NCBI RefSeq assembly: GCF_003334335.1
Contig: NZ_QOWQ01000003.1
Strand: one strand, 5' to 3'
DNA: 64,000 nt
Source: Escherichia coli
Lineage (GTDB): Bacteria; Pseudomonadota; Gammaproteobacteria; Enterobacterales; Enterobacteriaceae
Shown here: positions 19,910 through 39,167 of the stretch, piece after piece
Numbering within the stretch: the stretch's first letter is position 1
Layout: every line of letters begins with the position of its first letter
Translations under genes and position numbers: made by a program
Notes under the pieces: model-generated
What the model was told of the DNA's origin: nothing
The model's database searches: none
What the model saw: only the letters and a program-made list of their open reading frames with translations

Positions 19910-20241
19910 TGCAGCTTTATCCAGCATATAATCAACACCCATGCGCTTATCCCCCAACACGCAACAGAACCAACAAAAGCGGCGGGCAAGCGCATCATTC
20001 CGGTGAAATACCACAGCGACACCAGGTAAACAAAATAGGGAATAATCGACCACATACTAAAAATGATGGTTGCGCGTAAGGCTTCAATGCCGCGTTCGCT
20101 GGCAACAATATAATGCGCGATAAGCGCAAAGGTCGGGAAAAGTGGAATCAGCCCGGCGATATAATAATTTTTCGTTTTTGCTAAAACACCAATCAACAGC
20201 ACTACCAGCGCACCGAGCGCGGCTTTGATTACCAGCCCCAT
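19906..20241 (-). CDS. ydgC: GlpM-family inner membrane protein YdgC
   Basis: 111 aa hydrophobic protein, matches E. coli YdgC. Confidence 0.85.
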   Translation of the reverse strand: MGLVIKAALGALVVLLIGVLAKTKNYYIAGLIPLFPTFALIAHYIVASERGIEALRATIIFSMWSIIPYFVYLVSLWYFTGMMRLPAAFVGSVACWGISAWVLIICWIKLH

Positions 20242-20369
20242 CTTTTTACCTTAACACTTCCATAACAAGTCATCAGTAGAATACCTGATGAAAACTTGTT
20301 TAGAAACGATTGATAGTAAGTAAAAACAGCGCGGTGTATTGTGACGTTTTTATATCTACCGTGAATGTT

Positions 20370-21089
20370 ATGAACACTATCGTATTTGTGGAAGATGATG
20401 CGGAAGTCGGTTCACTGATTGCCGCGTACCTGGCAAAACATGATATGCAGGTTACCGTAGAGCCGCGCGGCGACCAGGCCGAAGAAACCATTTTGCGAGA
20501 AAATCCGGATTTGGTGTTACTCGACATCATGCTACCAGGCAAGGACGGCATGACCATTTGTCGTGATTTACGCGCAAAGTGGTCTGGACCGATTGTTCTT
20601 CTAACCTCTCTCGATAGCGATATGAACCACATCCTGGCACTGGAAATGGGTGCCTGCGACTATATTCTCAAAACGACGCCCCCTGCTGTTTTGCTAGCGC
20701 GTTTACGTTTGCATTTGCGTCAGAATGAGCAAGCCACACTGACCAAAGGTCTTCAGGAAACGTCTCTGACTCCCTACAAAGCCCTGCATTTCGGCACGTT
20801 GACCATCGATCCCATCAACCGCGTAGTCACCCTGGCTAACACTGAAATCTCGCTCTCGACAGCTGATTTCGAATTATTGTGGGAATTAGCTACCCATGCC
20901 GGGCAAATCATGGACCGCGATGCATTGCTGAAAAATTTACGCGGCGTCAGTTATGACGGACTGGATCGTAGCGTGGACGTGGCTATTTCGCGGTTAAGAA
21001 AAAAACTGCTCGATAACGCCGCAGAACCTTATCGCATTAAAACTGTGCGTAACAAAGGCTATCTTTTTGCGCCTCATGCATGGGAATAA
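20370..21089 (+). CDS. rstA: Two-component response regulator RstA
   Basis: 239 aa from MNTIVFVEDD; ORF track extends upstream. Confidence 0.95.
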   Translation: MNTIVFVEDDAEVGSLIAAYLAKHDMQVTVEPRGDQAEETILRENPDLVLLDIMLPGKDGMTICRDLRAKWSGPIVLLTSLDSDMNHILALEMGACDYILKTTPPAVLLARLRLHLRQNEQATLTKGLQETSLTPYKALHFGTLTIDPINRVVTLANTEISLSTADFELLWELATHAGQIMDRDALLKNLRGVSYDGLDRSVDVAISRLRKKLLDNAAEPYRIKTVRNKGYLFAPHAWE

Positions 21090-21092
21090 GCG

Positions 21093-22394
21093 ATGAAAAA
21101 ACTGTTTATCCAGTTTTACCTGTTATTGTTTGTCTGCTTCCTTGTGATGTCTCTGCTGGTTGGGCTGGTGTACAAATTTACCGCCGAACGCGCGGGCAAA
21201 CAGTCGCTGGATGATTTGATGAACAGTTCGCTGTATCTGATGCGCAGCGAATTGCGTGAGATCCCCCCACACGACTGGGGTAAAACTCTGAAAGAGATGG
21301 ATTTAAATCTCTCTTTCGATCTGCGTGTCGAGCCACTGAGTAAATACCATCTTGATGATATTTCCATGCACCGACTGCGTGGCGGCGAAATTGTCGCCCT
21401 GGACGATCAGTACACGTTTTTGCAGCGTATCCCGCGCAGCCACTACGTGCTGGCAGTTGGTCCTGTTCCTTATCTTTATTATCTCCATCAGATGCGATTG
21501 CTGGATATCGCCCTGATCGCTTTTATTGCTATTTCCCTCGCCTTTCCGGTGTTTATCTGGATGCGTCCGCACTGGCAGGATATGTTAAAACTGGAAGCAG
21601 CGGCGCAACGATTTGGCGATGGGCATCTCAATGAACGTATCCACTTTGATGAGGGTTCGAGCTTTGAACGACTTGGCGTCGCATTTAACCAGATGGCGGA
21701 CAATATCAACGCCTTAATTGCCAGCAAAAAACAGCTTATTGACGGTATCGCTCACGAACTGCGAACACCGTTAGTGCGCCTGCGTTATCGACTGGAGATG
21801 AGCGATAACCTGAGCGCCGCCGAATCCCAGGCGTTGAATCGTGATATCAGTCAACTTGAAGCTTTAATTGAAGAGCTGCTGACTTATGCCCGACTCGATC
21901 GCCCACAAAACGAGCTTCATCTTAGCGAACCAGACCTGCCGTTGTGGCTGTCAACGCATCTGGCAGATATTCAGGCAGTAACGCCCGATAAAACGGTACG
22001 GATAAAAACGCTCGTGCAAGGCCATTATGCGGCGTTGGATATGCGCTTAATGGAGCGCGTGCTGGATAATTTGCTCAATAACGCCCTGCGGTACTGCCAT
22101 TCAACGGTTGAAACCAGCCTGCTACTGTCGGGGAATAGAGCGACATTAATTGTTGAGGATGATGGCCCAGGGATTGCCCCAGAAAACCGCGAACATATCT
22201 TTGAACCTTTTGTTCGCCTCGATCCCAGCCGGGATCGCTCAACCGGCGGCTGCGGGCTGGGGCTGGCAATTGTCCACTCTATAGCACTGGCAATGGGCGG
22301 TACGGTTAATTGTGACACCAGCGAACTGGGTGGTGCCCGCTTCTCGTTTAGCTGGCCGTTATGGCATAACATCCCGCAATTTACCTCTGCCTGA
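21093..22394 (+). CDS. rstB: Sensor histidine kinase RstB
   Basis: 433 aa, HAMP plus HisKA/HATPase motifs. Confidence 0.95.
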   Translation: MKKLFIQFYLLLFVCFLVMSLLVGLVYKFTAERAGKQSLDDLMNSSLYLMRSELREIPPHDWGKTLKEMDLNLSFDLRVEPLSKYHLDDISMHRLRGGEIVALDDQYTFLQRIPRSHYVLAVGPVPYLYYLHQMRLLDIALIAFIAISLAFPVFIWMRPHWQDMLKLEAAAQRFGDGHLNERIHFDEGSSFERLGVAFNQMADNINALIASKKQLIDGIAHELRTPLVRLRYRLEMSDNLSAAESQALNRDISQLEALIEELLTYARLDRPQNELHLSEPDLPLWLSTHLADIQAVTPDKTVRIKTLVQGHYAALDMRLMERVLDNLLNNALRYCHSTVETSLLLSGNRATLIVEDDGPGIAPENREHIFEPFVRLDPSRDRSTGGCGLGLAIVHSIALAMGGTVNCDTSELGGARFSFSWPLWHNIPQFTSA

Positions 22395-22436
22395 CACTAC
22401 GCGCACGATGGTCAAGTCACCACGACTGTGCTATAA

Positions 22437-24799
<2,363 letters not shown>

Positions 24800-24910
24800 G
24801 ACCTGCTCCTCACCTGATTAATTTTTTCTTTCTGTTTTGCTTTCGTTAAGCAACTTTTAGCTCACTTATTATTTACCATTTGATAACAAATGTTTGGTCT
24901 TTCGTGCCAT

Positions 24911-24938
24911 GTAAAAAAACCGCCCCGAAGGGCGGCTC
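24911..24938 (-). terminator. Rho-independent terminator after fumA
   Basis: GCCGCCCttcgGGGCGG hairpin followed by TTTTTTT on minus strand. Confidence 0.6.
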
Positions 24939-24941
24939 TGT

Positions 24942-26588
24942 TTATTTCACACAGCGGGTGCATTGTGTGAGTTGTATCTGCTGGAAGAAGTCATTTCCTT
25001 TATCATCCACAAGGATAAACGCCGGGAAATCTTCCACTTCAATTTTCCAGATGGCTTCCATTCCCAGTTCCGGATATTCAACACATTCCAGGCTCTTAAT
25101 ACTTCCCTGCGCCAATACAGCGGCCGGACCACCGATACTGCCAAGGTAGAAGCCGCCGTGTTTTTTACAGGCATCCGTCACCTGCTGGCTGCGGTTGCCT
25201 TTCGCCAGCATGATCATACTTCCGCCCTGCGCTTGCAGTTGATCGACATAAGAATCCATCCGTCCGGCGGTCGTTGGGCCAAGAGAACCGGAGGCATAAC
25301 CTTCCGGCGTTTTGGCCGGACCCGCGTAGTAAATCGGATGATCTTTGATGTACTGCGGCAGCCCTTCACCGTTATCCATCCGCTCTTTCAGTTTGGCGTG
25401 AGCAATATCACGACCGACGATAATCGTGCCGTTAAGCGATAAGCGTGTAGAAACGGGATACTGCGACAACTGTGCGAGGATCTCTTTCATCGGACGGTTA
25501 AGGTCAACGCGCACCGCTTCGCCTTCTCCCGCTTTGCGCAGCTCTTCCGGGATATATTTGCCTGGATTATGTTCCAGTTTTTCGATCCAGATCCCCTGAC
25601 GGTTGATCTTCGCTTTGATATTACGGTCAGCAGAGCAGGAGACGCCCATACCGACCGGGCAGGATGCGCCGTGACGTGGCAGGCGAATCACGCGGATGTC
25701 GTGAGCGAAGTATTTACCACCAAACTGCGCACCCAGACCAAGATTTTGCGCTTCGATCAGCAATTCTTTTTCCAGTTCCACATCGCGGAACGCCTGACCG
25801 TGCTCATTCCCTTCCGTTGGCAGTTCATCATAGTATTTCGCGGAAGCCAGTTTCACCGTTTTAAGGTTCGTTTCTGCAGAAGTTCCACCAATAACGAACG
25901 CAATATGATACGGAGGACAGGCCGCCGTACCCAGCGTGCGCATCTTCTCAACCAGGTAATTTTTCAGTTTCCCCGGCGTCAGTAACGCTTTGGTTTCCTG
26001 ATAGAGATACGTCTTGTTTGCCGAACCACCACCTTTGGCGATACAGAGGAATTTGTATTCGTCGCCATCAACGGCATAAAGATCGATCTGCGCTGGCAGA
26101 TTGGTGCCGGTATTCACTTCTTTATACATATCCAGCGGCGCGTTTTGCGAGTAGCGCAGATTATCTTCGATATAAGTGTTATAGACACCGCGCGCCAGCG
26201 CCGCTTCATCACCACCACCGGTCCATACACGCTGCCCTTTTTTACCAACAATAATCGCGGTGCCGGTATCCTGACAGGTTGGCAGAACGCCTTTCGCCGC
26301 GATGTCGGAGTTACGCAGGAATTGCAGCGCCACATATTTATCATTTTCGCTGGCCTCCGGGTCACGCAGAATGTCGGCCACCTGTTGTTGGTGCGCCGGA
26401 CGCAGCATGAACGACGCATCATGAAACGCCTGGCGCGCCAACAGAGTTAACGCTTCGAGTGCGACTTTCAAAATCTCCTGCCCTTCAAATTCAGATACGC
26501 TAACGTGTTCGCTGGTTAGCAGGTAATACTCAGTATCATCTTTTTTGAGTGGAAAAGGAGCCTGATAATGAAAGGGTTTGTTTGACAT
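24942..26588 (-). CDS. fumA: Fumarate hydratase class I, aerobic
   Basis: 548 aa, matches E. coli FumA. Confidence 0.95.
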   Translation of the reverse strand: MSNKPFHYQAPFPLKKDDTEYYLLTSEHVSVSEFEGQEILKVALEALTLLARQAFHDASFMLRPAHQQQVADILRDPEASENDKYVALQFLRNSDIAAKGVLPTCQDTGTAIIVGKKGQRVWTGGGDEAALARGVYNTYIEDNLRYSQNAPLDMYKEVNTGTNLPAQIDLYAVDGDEYKFLCIAKGGGSANKTYLYQETKALLTPGKLKNYLVEKMRTLGTAACPPYHIAFVIGGTSAETNLKTVKLASAKYYDELPTEGNEHGQAFRDVELEKELLIEAQNLGLGAQFGGKYFAHDIRVIRLPRHGASCPVGMGVSCSADRNIKAKINRQGIWIEKLEHNPGKYIPEELRKAGEGEAVRVDLNRPMKEILAQLSQYPVSTRLSLNGTIIVGRDIAHAKLKERMDNGEGLPQYIKDHPIYYAGPAKTPEGYASGSLGPTTAGRMDSYVDQLQAQGGSMIMLAKGNRSQQVTDACKKHGGFYLGSIGGPAAVLAQGSIKSLECVEYPELGMEAIWKIEVEDFPAFILVDDKGNDFFQQIQLTQCTRCVK

Positions 26589-26786
26589 TGTTCTCTCACT
26601 TACTGCCTGGTTTGGTTATGCTCTGGGCGGGTGTTCCGTTGCCCTGTTAAAAGCGAGTAACAATATCCTACACACTTTTTTAACAAAAACTGAGACTAGT
26701 ACGACTTTTTGCGGCTCCAGGTTACTTCCCGTAGGATTCTTGCTTTAATAGTGGGATTAATTTCCACATTAAAACAGGGATTGATC

Positions 26787-27962
26787 ATGCAAAAACTCAT
26801 TAACTCAGTGCAAAACTATGCCTGGGGCAGCAAAACGGCGTTGACTGAACTTTATGGTATGGAAAATCCGTCCAGCCAGCCGATGGCCGAGCTGTGGATG
26901 GGCGCACATCCGAAAAGCAGTTCACGAGTGCAGAATGCCGCCGGAGATATCGTTTCACTGCGTGATGTGATTGAGAGTGATAAATCGACTCTGCTCGGAG
27001 AGGCCGTTGCCAAACGCTTTGGCGAACTGCCTTTCCTGTTCAAAGTATTATGCGCAGCACAGCCACTCTCCATTCAGGTTCATCCAAACAAACACAATTC
27101 TGAAATCGGTTTTGCCAAAGAAAATGCCGCAGGTATCCCGATGGATGCCGCCGAGCGTAACTATAAAGATCCTAACCACAAGCCGGAGCTGGTTTTTGCG
27201 CTGACGCCTTTCCTTGCGATGAACGCGTTTCGTGAATTTTCCGAGATTGTCTCCCTACTCCAGCCGGTCGCAGGTGCACATCCGGCGATTGCTCACTTTT
27301 TACAACAGCCTGATGCCGAACGTTTAAGCGAACTGTTCGCCAGCCTGTTGAATATGCAGGGTGAAGAAAAATCCCGCGCGCTGGCGATTTTAAAATCGGC
27401 CCTCGATAGCCAGCAGGGTGAACCGTGGCAAACGATTCGTTTAATTTCTGAATTTTACCCGGAAGACAGCGGTCTGTTCTCCCCGCTATTGCTGAATGTG
27501 GTGAAATTGAACCCTGGCGAAGCGATGTTCCTGTTCGCTGAAACACCGCACGCTTACCTGCAAGGCGTGGCGCTGGAAGTGATGGCAAACTCCGATAACG
27601 TGCTGCGTGCGGGTCTGACGCCTAAATACATTGATATTCCGGAACTGGTTGCCAATGTGAAATTCGAAGCCAAACCGGCTAACCAGTTGTTGACCCAGCC
27701 GGTGAAACAAGGTGCAGAACTGGACTTCCCGATTCCAGTGGATGATTTTGCCTTCTCGCTGCATGACCTTAGTGATAAAGAAACCACCATTAGCCAGCAG
27801 AGTGCCGCCATTTTGTTCTGCGTCGAAGGCGATGCAACGTTGTGGAAAGGTTCTCAGCAGTTACAGCTTAAACCGGGTGAATCAGCGTTTATTGCCGCCA
27901 ACGAATCACCGGTGACTGTCAAAGGCCACGGCCGTTTAGCGCGTGTTTACAACAAGCTGTAA
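26787..27962 (+). CDS. manA: Mannose-6-phosphate isomerase
   Basis: 391 aa from MQKLINSVQNYAWGSK; ORF track extends upstream. Confidence 0.95.
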   Translation: MQKLINSVQNYAWGSKTALTELYGMENPSSQPMAELWMGAHPKSSSRVQNAAGDIVSLRDVIESDKSTLLGEAVAKRFGELPFLFKVLCAAQPLSIQVHPNKHNSEIGFAKENAAGIPMDAAERNYKDPNHKPELVFALTPFLAMNAFREFSEIVSLLQPVAGAHPAIAHFLQQPDAERLSELFASLLNMQGEEKSRALAILKSALDSQQGEPWQTIRLISEFYPEDSGLFSPLLLNVVKLNPGEAMFLFAETPHAYLQGVALEVMANSDNVLRAGLTPKYIDIPELVANVKFEAKPANQLLTQPVKQGAELDFPIPVDDFAFSLHDLSDKETTISQQSAAILFCVEGDATLWKGSQQLQLKPGESAFIAANESPVTVKGHGRLARVYNKL

Positions 27963-28062
27963 GAGCTTACTGAAAAAATTAACATCTCTTGCTAAGCTTA
28001 TTAAAGGCTTATAACACCTTCAGGCGGCCAGTCCGCCTGATTTCATTTTATGGATAATCATT

Positions 28063-29571
28063 ATGAATAAATCGCTGGTAGCGGTAGGCGTCATTGTTGC
28101 GCTAGGCGTAGTCTGGACAGGCGGCGCATGGTATACAGGCAAGAAGATTGAAACCCATCTCGAAGACATGGTCGCGCAGGCGAACGCGCAACTCAAACTG
28201 ACAGCTCCTGAATCCAACCTGGAAGTGAGTTATCAAAACTATCATCGCGGCGTATTCAGCAGCCAGTTGCAACTGTTGGTGAAACCCATTGCCGGGAAAG
28301 AAAATCCGTGGATTAAAAGCGGTCAGAGCGTCATCTTCAACGAATCGGTTGATCATGGTCCCTTCCCGCTTGCCCAGCTTAAAAAACTGAACCTGATCCC
28401 GTCGATGGCATCAATTCAAACCACGCTGGTTAATAACGAAGTAAGCAAACCACTGTTTGATATGGCAAAAGGTGAAACGCCTTTTGAGATTAACTCGCGC
28501 ATTGGTTACAGCGGTGATTCCAGTTCCGATATTTCGCTCAAGCCACTGAATTACGAGCAAAAGGATGAAAAAGTCGCCTTTAGCGGCGGCGAGTTCCAGT
28601 TAAATGCTGACAGAGACGGCAAAGCCATCTCCCTTTCCGGGGAGGCGCAAAGTGGTCGGATAGACGCAGTTAACGAATACAACCAGAAAGTGCAGTTGAC
28701 CTTTAATAATCTGAAAACCGACGGTTCCAGCACGCTGGCAAGTTTTGGTGAGCGTGTAGGAAATCAAAAACTGTCACTGGAAAAAATGACCATTTCAGTG
28801 GAAGGCAAAGAACTGGCACTGCTGGAAGGCATGGAGATCAGCGGTAAATCGGATCTGGTCAATGACGGTAAAACGATCAATAGCCAACTGGATTACTCGC
28901 TAAACAGCCTGAAGGTACAGAATCAGGATCTGGGCAGCGGCAAGCTGACTTTAAAAGTCGGCCAGATTGATGGTGAAGCCTGGCATCAGTTTAGCCAGCA
29001 ATATAACGCGCAAACTCAGGCGCTGCTGGCACAGCCAGAAATTGCCAACAACCCCGAACTTTATCAGGAGAAAGTGACGGAAGCCTTCTTTAGCGCCCTG
29101 CCGCTGATGCTGAAAGGCGATCCGGTGATTACTATCGCGCCGCTAAGCTGGAAAAACAGTCAGGGTGAAAGTGCCCTGAATCTGTCGCTGTTCCTGAAAG
29201 ATCCGGCAACGACTAAAGAAGCGCCGCAAACGCTGGCGCAGGAAGTAGATCGTTCGGTTAAATCTCTGGATGCGAAACTGACCATTCCGGTGGATATGGC
29301 AACTGAGTTTATGACTCAGGTAGCGAAGCTGGAAGGTTATCAGGAAGATCAAGCGAAAAAACTGGCGAAACAGCAAGTTGAAGGTGCATCAGCAATGGGG
29401 CAGATGTTCCGTCTGACCACCTTGCAGGACAATACCATCACCACCAGCCTGCAATATGCTAACGGTCAGATAACGTTAAATGGGCAGAAAATGTCGTTAG
29501 AAGATTTTGTTGGCATGTTTGCGATGCCAGCTCTTAACGTTCCGGCTGTACCGGCAATTCCGCAGCAGTAA
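28063..29571 (+). CDS. ydgA: DUF945 family protein YdgA
   Basis: 502 aa with signal/anchor, matches E. coli YdgA. Confidence 0.9.
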   Translation: MNKSLVAVGVIVALGVVWTGGAWYTGKKIETHLEDMVAQANAQLKLTAPESNLEVSYQNYHRGVFSSQLQLLVKPIAGKENPWIKSGQSVIFNESVDHGPFPLAQLKKLNLIPSMASIQTTLVNNEVSKPLFDMAKGETPFEINSRIGYSGDSSSDISLKPLNYEQKDEKVAFSGGEFQLNADRDGKAISLSGEAQSGRIDAVNEYNQKVQLTFNNLKTDGSSTLASFGERVGNQKLSLEKMTISVEGKELALLEGMEISGKSDLVNDGKTINSQLDYSLNSLKVQNQDLGSGKLTLKVGQIDGEAWHQFSQQYNAQTQALLAQPEIANNPELYQEKVTEAFFSALPLMLKGDPVITIAPLSWKNSQGESALNLSLFLKDPATTKEAPQTLAQEVDRSVKSLDAKLTIPVDMATEFMTQVAKLEGYQEDQAKKLAKQQVEGASAMGQMFRLTTLQDNTITTSLQYANGQITLNGQKMSLEDFVGMFAMPALNVPAVPAIPQQ

Positions 29572-29580
29572 TTCACGGCC

Positions 29581-29612
29581 AAAACGCCGGAGAATTTTCA
29601 CTCCGGCGTTTT
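29581..29612 (+). terminator. Rho-independent terminator after ydgA
   Basis: AACGCCGGAGaattttcaCTCCGGCGTT followed by TT. Confidence 0.6.
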
Positions 29613-29635
29613 CATCTGAAAACAAACCAGAGATT

Positions 29636-29733
29636 GCCTGATGCGCTACGCTTATCAGGCCTACCTTTTCCTGCAACACTTTGAATTTATGAGTTTTTGT
29701 AGGCTGGATAAGGCGTTTACGCCGCATCCGGCA
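29636..29733. repeat. Two REP (repetitive extragenic palindromic) elements
   Basis: GCCTGATGCGCTACGCTTATCAGGCCTAC and AGGCTGGATAAGGCGTTTACGCCGCATCCGGCA, typical REP consensus. Confidence 0.7.
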
Positions 29734-29762
29734 TAAAAAACGCGCACTTTGTCAACAATCTG

Positions 29763-29798
29763 AAACGCCGGAGATTTTTCTCTCCGGCGTTATTTTTT
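29763..29798. terminator. Hairpin near uidC 3' end
   Basis: AACGCCGGAGatttttctCTCCGGCGTT followed by ATTTTTT; near-copy of the hairpin at 29581-29612. Confidence 0.45.
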
Positions 29799-31062
29799 AC
29801 TTCAGCATAAAGTCATACTGAATACTCATTTTCACATCCCAGTAATTCAGGCGATCGCCCAGCGTACTGCCATCGCGCTTTTCCCGCCCTTTATCGGCAG
29901 CAAGAAAGAAATTCATCCCTTGTAACGGCCCTTCGCTGACCCGATAGTTCATACCACCTAAGATACCCGTGCCTTCAATCCGCACATCTCGTTTACTGGA
30001 TTCATAGCCGCGAGTCACAATCGGTGCAAATGTCAGCGTAAATTGCGGCGTTAAACGATAGTTGACGCCCAATTGCCAGGACTGCATTCCTTCACGGTTA
30101 CGATCAAGACTTAATGAAAAGGGATAGCCAATGTCGGTATCCACCACGGCACCATTCATTGCATGGCGCAAATAACCACCACTGCCAAATACACTTCCCC
30201 ACGGCGCATTCCAGGTCAATTGTCCACTAACCAACGCCGTTTCATTGGGCTGGCTGGTATTACGACTTAAACCTTCGAGCTGCGCGTAAAAGCCGAGCAA
30301 CTCCCCTTTCAACGTATAATTCGGGTCGAGCGGTATGCTTTTCTCGAGAATACTTTGTATCTGATTGGAAACATCTTTCTGTACCGATGCCCCCAGAGAA
30401 TAGCGACTGGTATCATCATGCCAACTGGCGGCTAAAAAAGAACGTGCGCGATGTTTATCGTATTTTCCCGTCTGGCTGTTATACACCCCTTCATCACGAA
30501 TACCGGTTGTTGAATCAGTCCATAAAAATACTCGTGAACGCCACATTCCCCACAGATCAATATTTGGTGTTAAAGCCCAATAACCTAATGCTCCTTCAGA
30601 AACTGTCGGTAATGTACGTTGCGAACTGCCAGCCATTAACGGAATACGATAAGGTAAGCTACCATAACTATAATCCGTCCCGAAGCGACCTAATTTAAGC
30701 AGGCTATTTTCACTGGGTTTTATTTTTACTGCCCCCAGGGCAAAGCCAAAACTTTTATCACCATCAAGATACCACCGGGTACTCATATCAGCACGAGCAC
30801 CTAATTTATAAACATAATACGCCCCGCCTTCAACGCCAATAATATTGGAATAATAACCACTATTGAAATCGAGCAATCCTCCCTGTACCCATGCGTAAAT
30901 ATCTCTTCCCGCGCCAGCACTGGGCTTATCCGCCCTGCGCAATTCGTTTTTCAGTCTGATGCGTAGTCCCGCTTCATCGTCAGCCAGTTGCGCCGCATAA
31001 GCAGAGGTAAGGCCAGAGGCAGCCGTCAGGCAAATAACGGCCATGGCCACTATTTTTCTCAT
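29797..31062 (-). CDS. uidC: Outer membrane porin for glucuronides
   Basis: 421 aa, signal peptide, matches E. coli UidC. Confidence 0.9.
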   Translation of the reverse strand: MRKIVAMAVICLTAASGLTSAYAAQLADDEAGLRIRLKNELRRADKPSAGAGRDIYAWVQGGLLDFNSGYYSNIIGVEGGAYYVYKLGARADMSTRWYLDGDKSFGFALGAVKIKPSENSLLKLGRFGTDYSYGSLPYRIPLMAGSSQRTLPTVSEGALGYWALTPNIDLWGMWRSRVFLWTDSTTGIRDEGVYNSQTGKYDKHRARSFLAASWHDDTSRYSLGASVQKDVSNQIQSILEKSIPLDPNYTLKGELLGFYAQLEGLSRNTSQPNETALVSGQLTWNAPWGSVFGSGGYLRHAMNGAVVDTDIGYPFSLSLDRNREGMQSWQLGVNYRLTPQFTLTFAPIVTRGYESSKRDVRIEGTGILGGMNYRVSEGPLQGMNFFLAADKGREKRDGSTLGDRLNYWDVKMSIQYDFMLK

Positions 31063-31100
31063 AGTTGCACCTTTGATGTTCTGATTATTTTTATTGAATA

Positions 31101-34333
<3,233 letters not shown>

Positions 34334-34672
34334 TTAACCAATTCTGTGTTGCACACAGTTATCTGTGAGAAACCCATGGAAGAGAAATGGAAATAAAAAG
34401 AACTGACACCGCGATCAAAAAACCAAAAACTGCAATACCCACAGCGTGATATAGATCGCATTAATCTTTAAAACAGCGTTGACAGAAGCCATAAAATAAG
34501 CAACCGAACGTTCGTTCGAGCGTATTGGGAACGATAAACTCTCATGACATATGGCTACAGTGAATATTTTGGGGGGAATTCTCCGAAGCCGGGAAGGATA
34601 ATTTTTGCACAGAGAAATTACGATATGAAACGCGGGCACAGTTATCACCAGCCCGCCGAAAAAGAGAGAGAA

Positions 34673-35263
34673 TCAGGATGCGGTTAAGATACCGCCAATC
34701 ATCGCGCGTAATCCCTGAGCAAACGACGCTTCACGCGCCAGGTCTTCCGCTTCGATATCGGCCAGTACACCGTAGGTCAGATCCAGCAGTAAACGTGAAG
34801 TCATTGCCGTGTTGATGTCTGGGCTTATCTCGCCTTTTTGCTGGGCATCACGCATCCGCTGGGCAACAAATTCCGTGATCGTCATATGCTTATTTTTAAG
34901 CATGGCGGCGACCTGTGGGTTACGCATCCCTTCCGCCATAATTTCAACCACCAGCGCCCGTTGTCCAAAGGCTTCATGGGTGAGAGAGACAATGGACTCG
35001 ACCATATAGTCAACGAAATGAATCCCTTCAATCGGTTCCCGGAAACGGGCCAGCGCCCTCTCCTGGTCCTGTAAGATAATCGCCTGAATCAAGGCTTCTT
35101 TGGAGATGAAATGGTGATAGAGCGTCCCGGGACTAATGGCGCAAGATTTACAGATGGCTTTCATCGAGGCACTGTGAAATCCATTTTCTGAAAAAATCTC
35201 TCTGGCAGCATTGAGGATCCGGGTCCGTGTCGGTTGTGCTTCAGTCTGCATGTTATCCATCAT
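34673..35263 (-). CDS. uidR: TetR-family repressor of uid operon
   Basis: 196 aa, matches E. coli UidR. Confidence 0.95.
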   Translation of the reverse strand: MMDNMQTEAQPTRTRILNAAREIFSENGFHSASMKAICKSCAISPGTLYHHFISKEALIQAIILQDQERALARFREPIEGIHFVDYMVESIVSLTHEAFGQRALVVEIMAEGMRNPQVAAMLKNKHMTITEFVAQRMRDAQQKGEISPDINTAMTSRLLLDLTYGVLADIEAEDLAREASFAQGLRAMIGGILTAS

Positions 35264-35483
35264 TAAACCATTATAGTTAGCGTGAATAACTAGTTTACCG
35301 CGTTGTCAGGTGAGCGCCTATCATTGCTGTTGAATAGTGCGAAGGCACACTCTATTCGTATACTTTTCACTCTGAAATTGGTTAACCAATAGCCGTGATT
35401 TGGCTGCCAGTTATTTAGCAGAGACGTTGATGAGTTTATCCCGGTAAACAACACGCACGGTTGTTTACCGGTCCGTTAGTGTA

Positions 35484-36251
35484 TTAATTGAGCTCCTGTA
35501 CCCCACCACCGGAGACGGTGAGAATTTGTCCGCTTACCCAGCTCGCAGCAGGCGAGCAAAGGAACAGCGCTGCGTTAGCAATATCTTGCGGTTGGCCCAG
35601 ACGTCTGATCGGCGTGTGCTGTAACATTTTTTGTTCAATTTCTGGTGTAATAACGGATTTCAGGGCATCGGTTAATATTGCCCCCGGCGCAATGCCATTT
35701 ACCCGAATATTTTTTTCACCCAGGTCAAACGCCATATTTCTGACCAGATGACTGGCCGCAGCTTTAGATGATGCATAGGAAGTCATGTTTATATTTTTAT
35801 TTTCTGCCGCCATAGAAGTGATGGTCAGAATAACGCCACCGCCATTTTTTTCCATTTCTGGCGCAACAAGTTGTGACAGATGGAAAAAAGAAAACACATT
35901 CAGTTCATAAGCACGGCGAAAATCCGCCATTGGCATATCAAACGGTTTAGGTCCACCGCCACCGGCGTTGTTAACCAGAATATCAACTTTACCCAGCTTA
36001 CTGATAGCAAAGTCTGCCAGTGCAGAGAGTTCCTGTTCGGAAGTAATATCACAACGGCAGGCAAATGCCTGACCACCCAGTTGTTGAATTTCGTCTACAA
36101 CATGGTTAGCTGCGTCGGCGTTAATATCACTGACCACCACAGATGCGCCAGCTGTCGCGAATGTAATGGCGATTTCTTTACCAATACCTGCACCCGCACC
36201 TGTGATGATGGCGCATTTTCCGTCGAGTCTCAGGTTGTCAGAATTAAACAC
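35484..36251 (-). CDS. hdhA: 7-alpha-hydroxysteroid dehydrogenase
   Basis: 255 aa SDR with GAGAGIG motif, matches E. coli HdhA. Confidence 0.95.
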   Translation of the reverse strand: MFNSDNLRLDGKCAIITGAGAGIGKEIAITFATAGASVVVSDINADAANHVVDEIQQLGGQAFACRCDITSEQELSALADFAISKLGKVDILVNNAGGGGPKPFDMPMADFRRAYELNVFSFFHLSQLVAPEMEKNGGGVILTITSMAAENKNINMTSYASSKAAASHLVRNMAFDLGEKNIRVNGIAPGAILTDALKSVITPEIEQKMLQHTPIRRLGQPQDIANAALFLCSPAASWVSGQILTVSGGGVQELN

Positions 36252-36362
36252 ATAAACCTCCTGTGAACTTCAGTAAAAATAAAAGGCACCGCCTGTGTGC
36301 CACATTTTTTATCATTAACCTTGAGGAAAGGACACTACCAGGTATAGCAGATAAAGAGAGGA

Positions 36363-39158
<2,796 letters not shown>

Positions 39159-39167
39159 GGATAAGAT

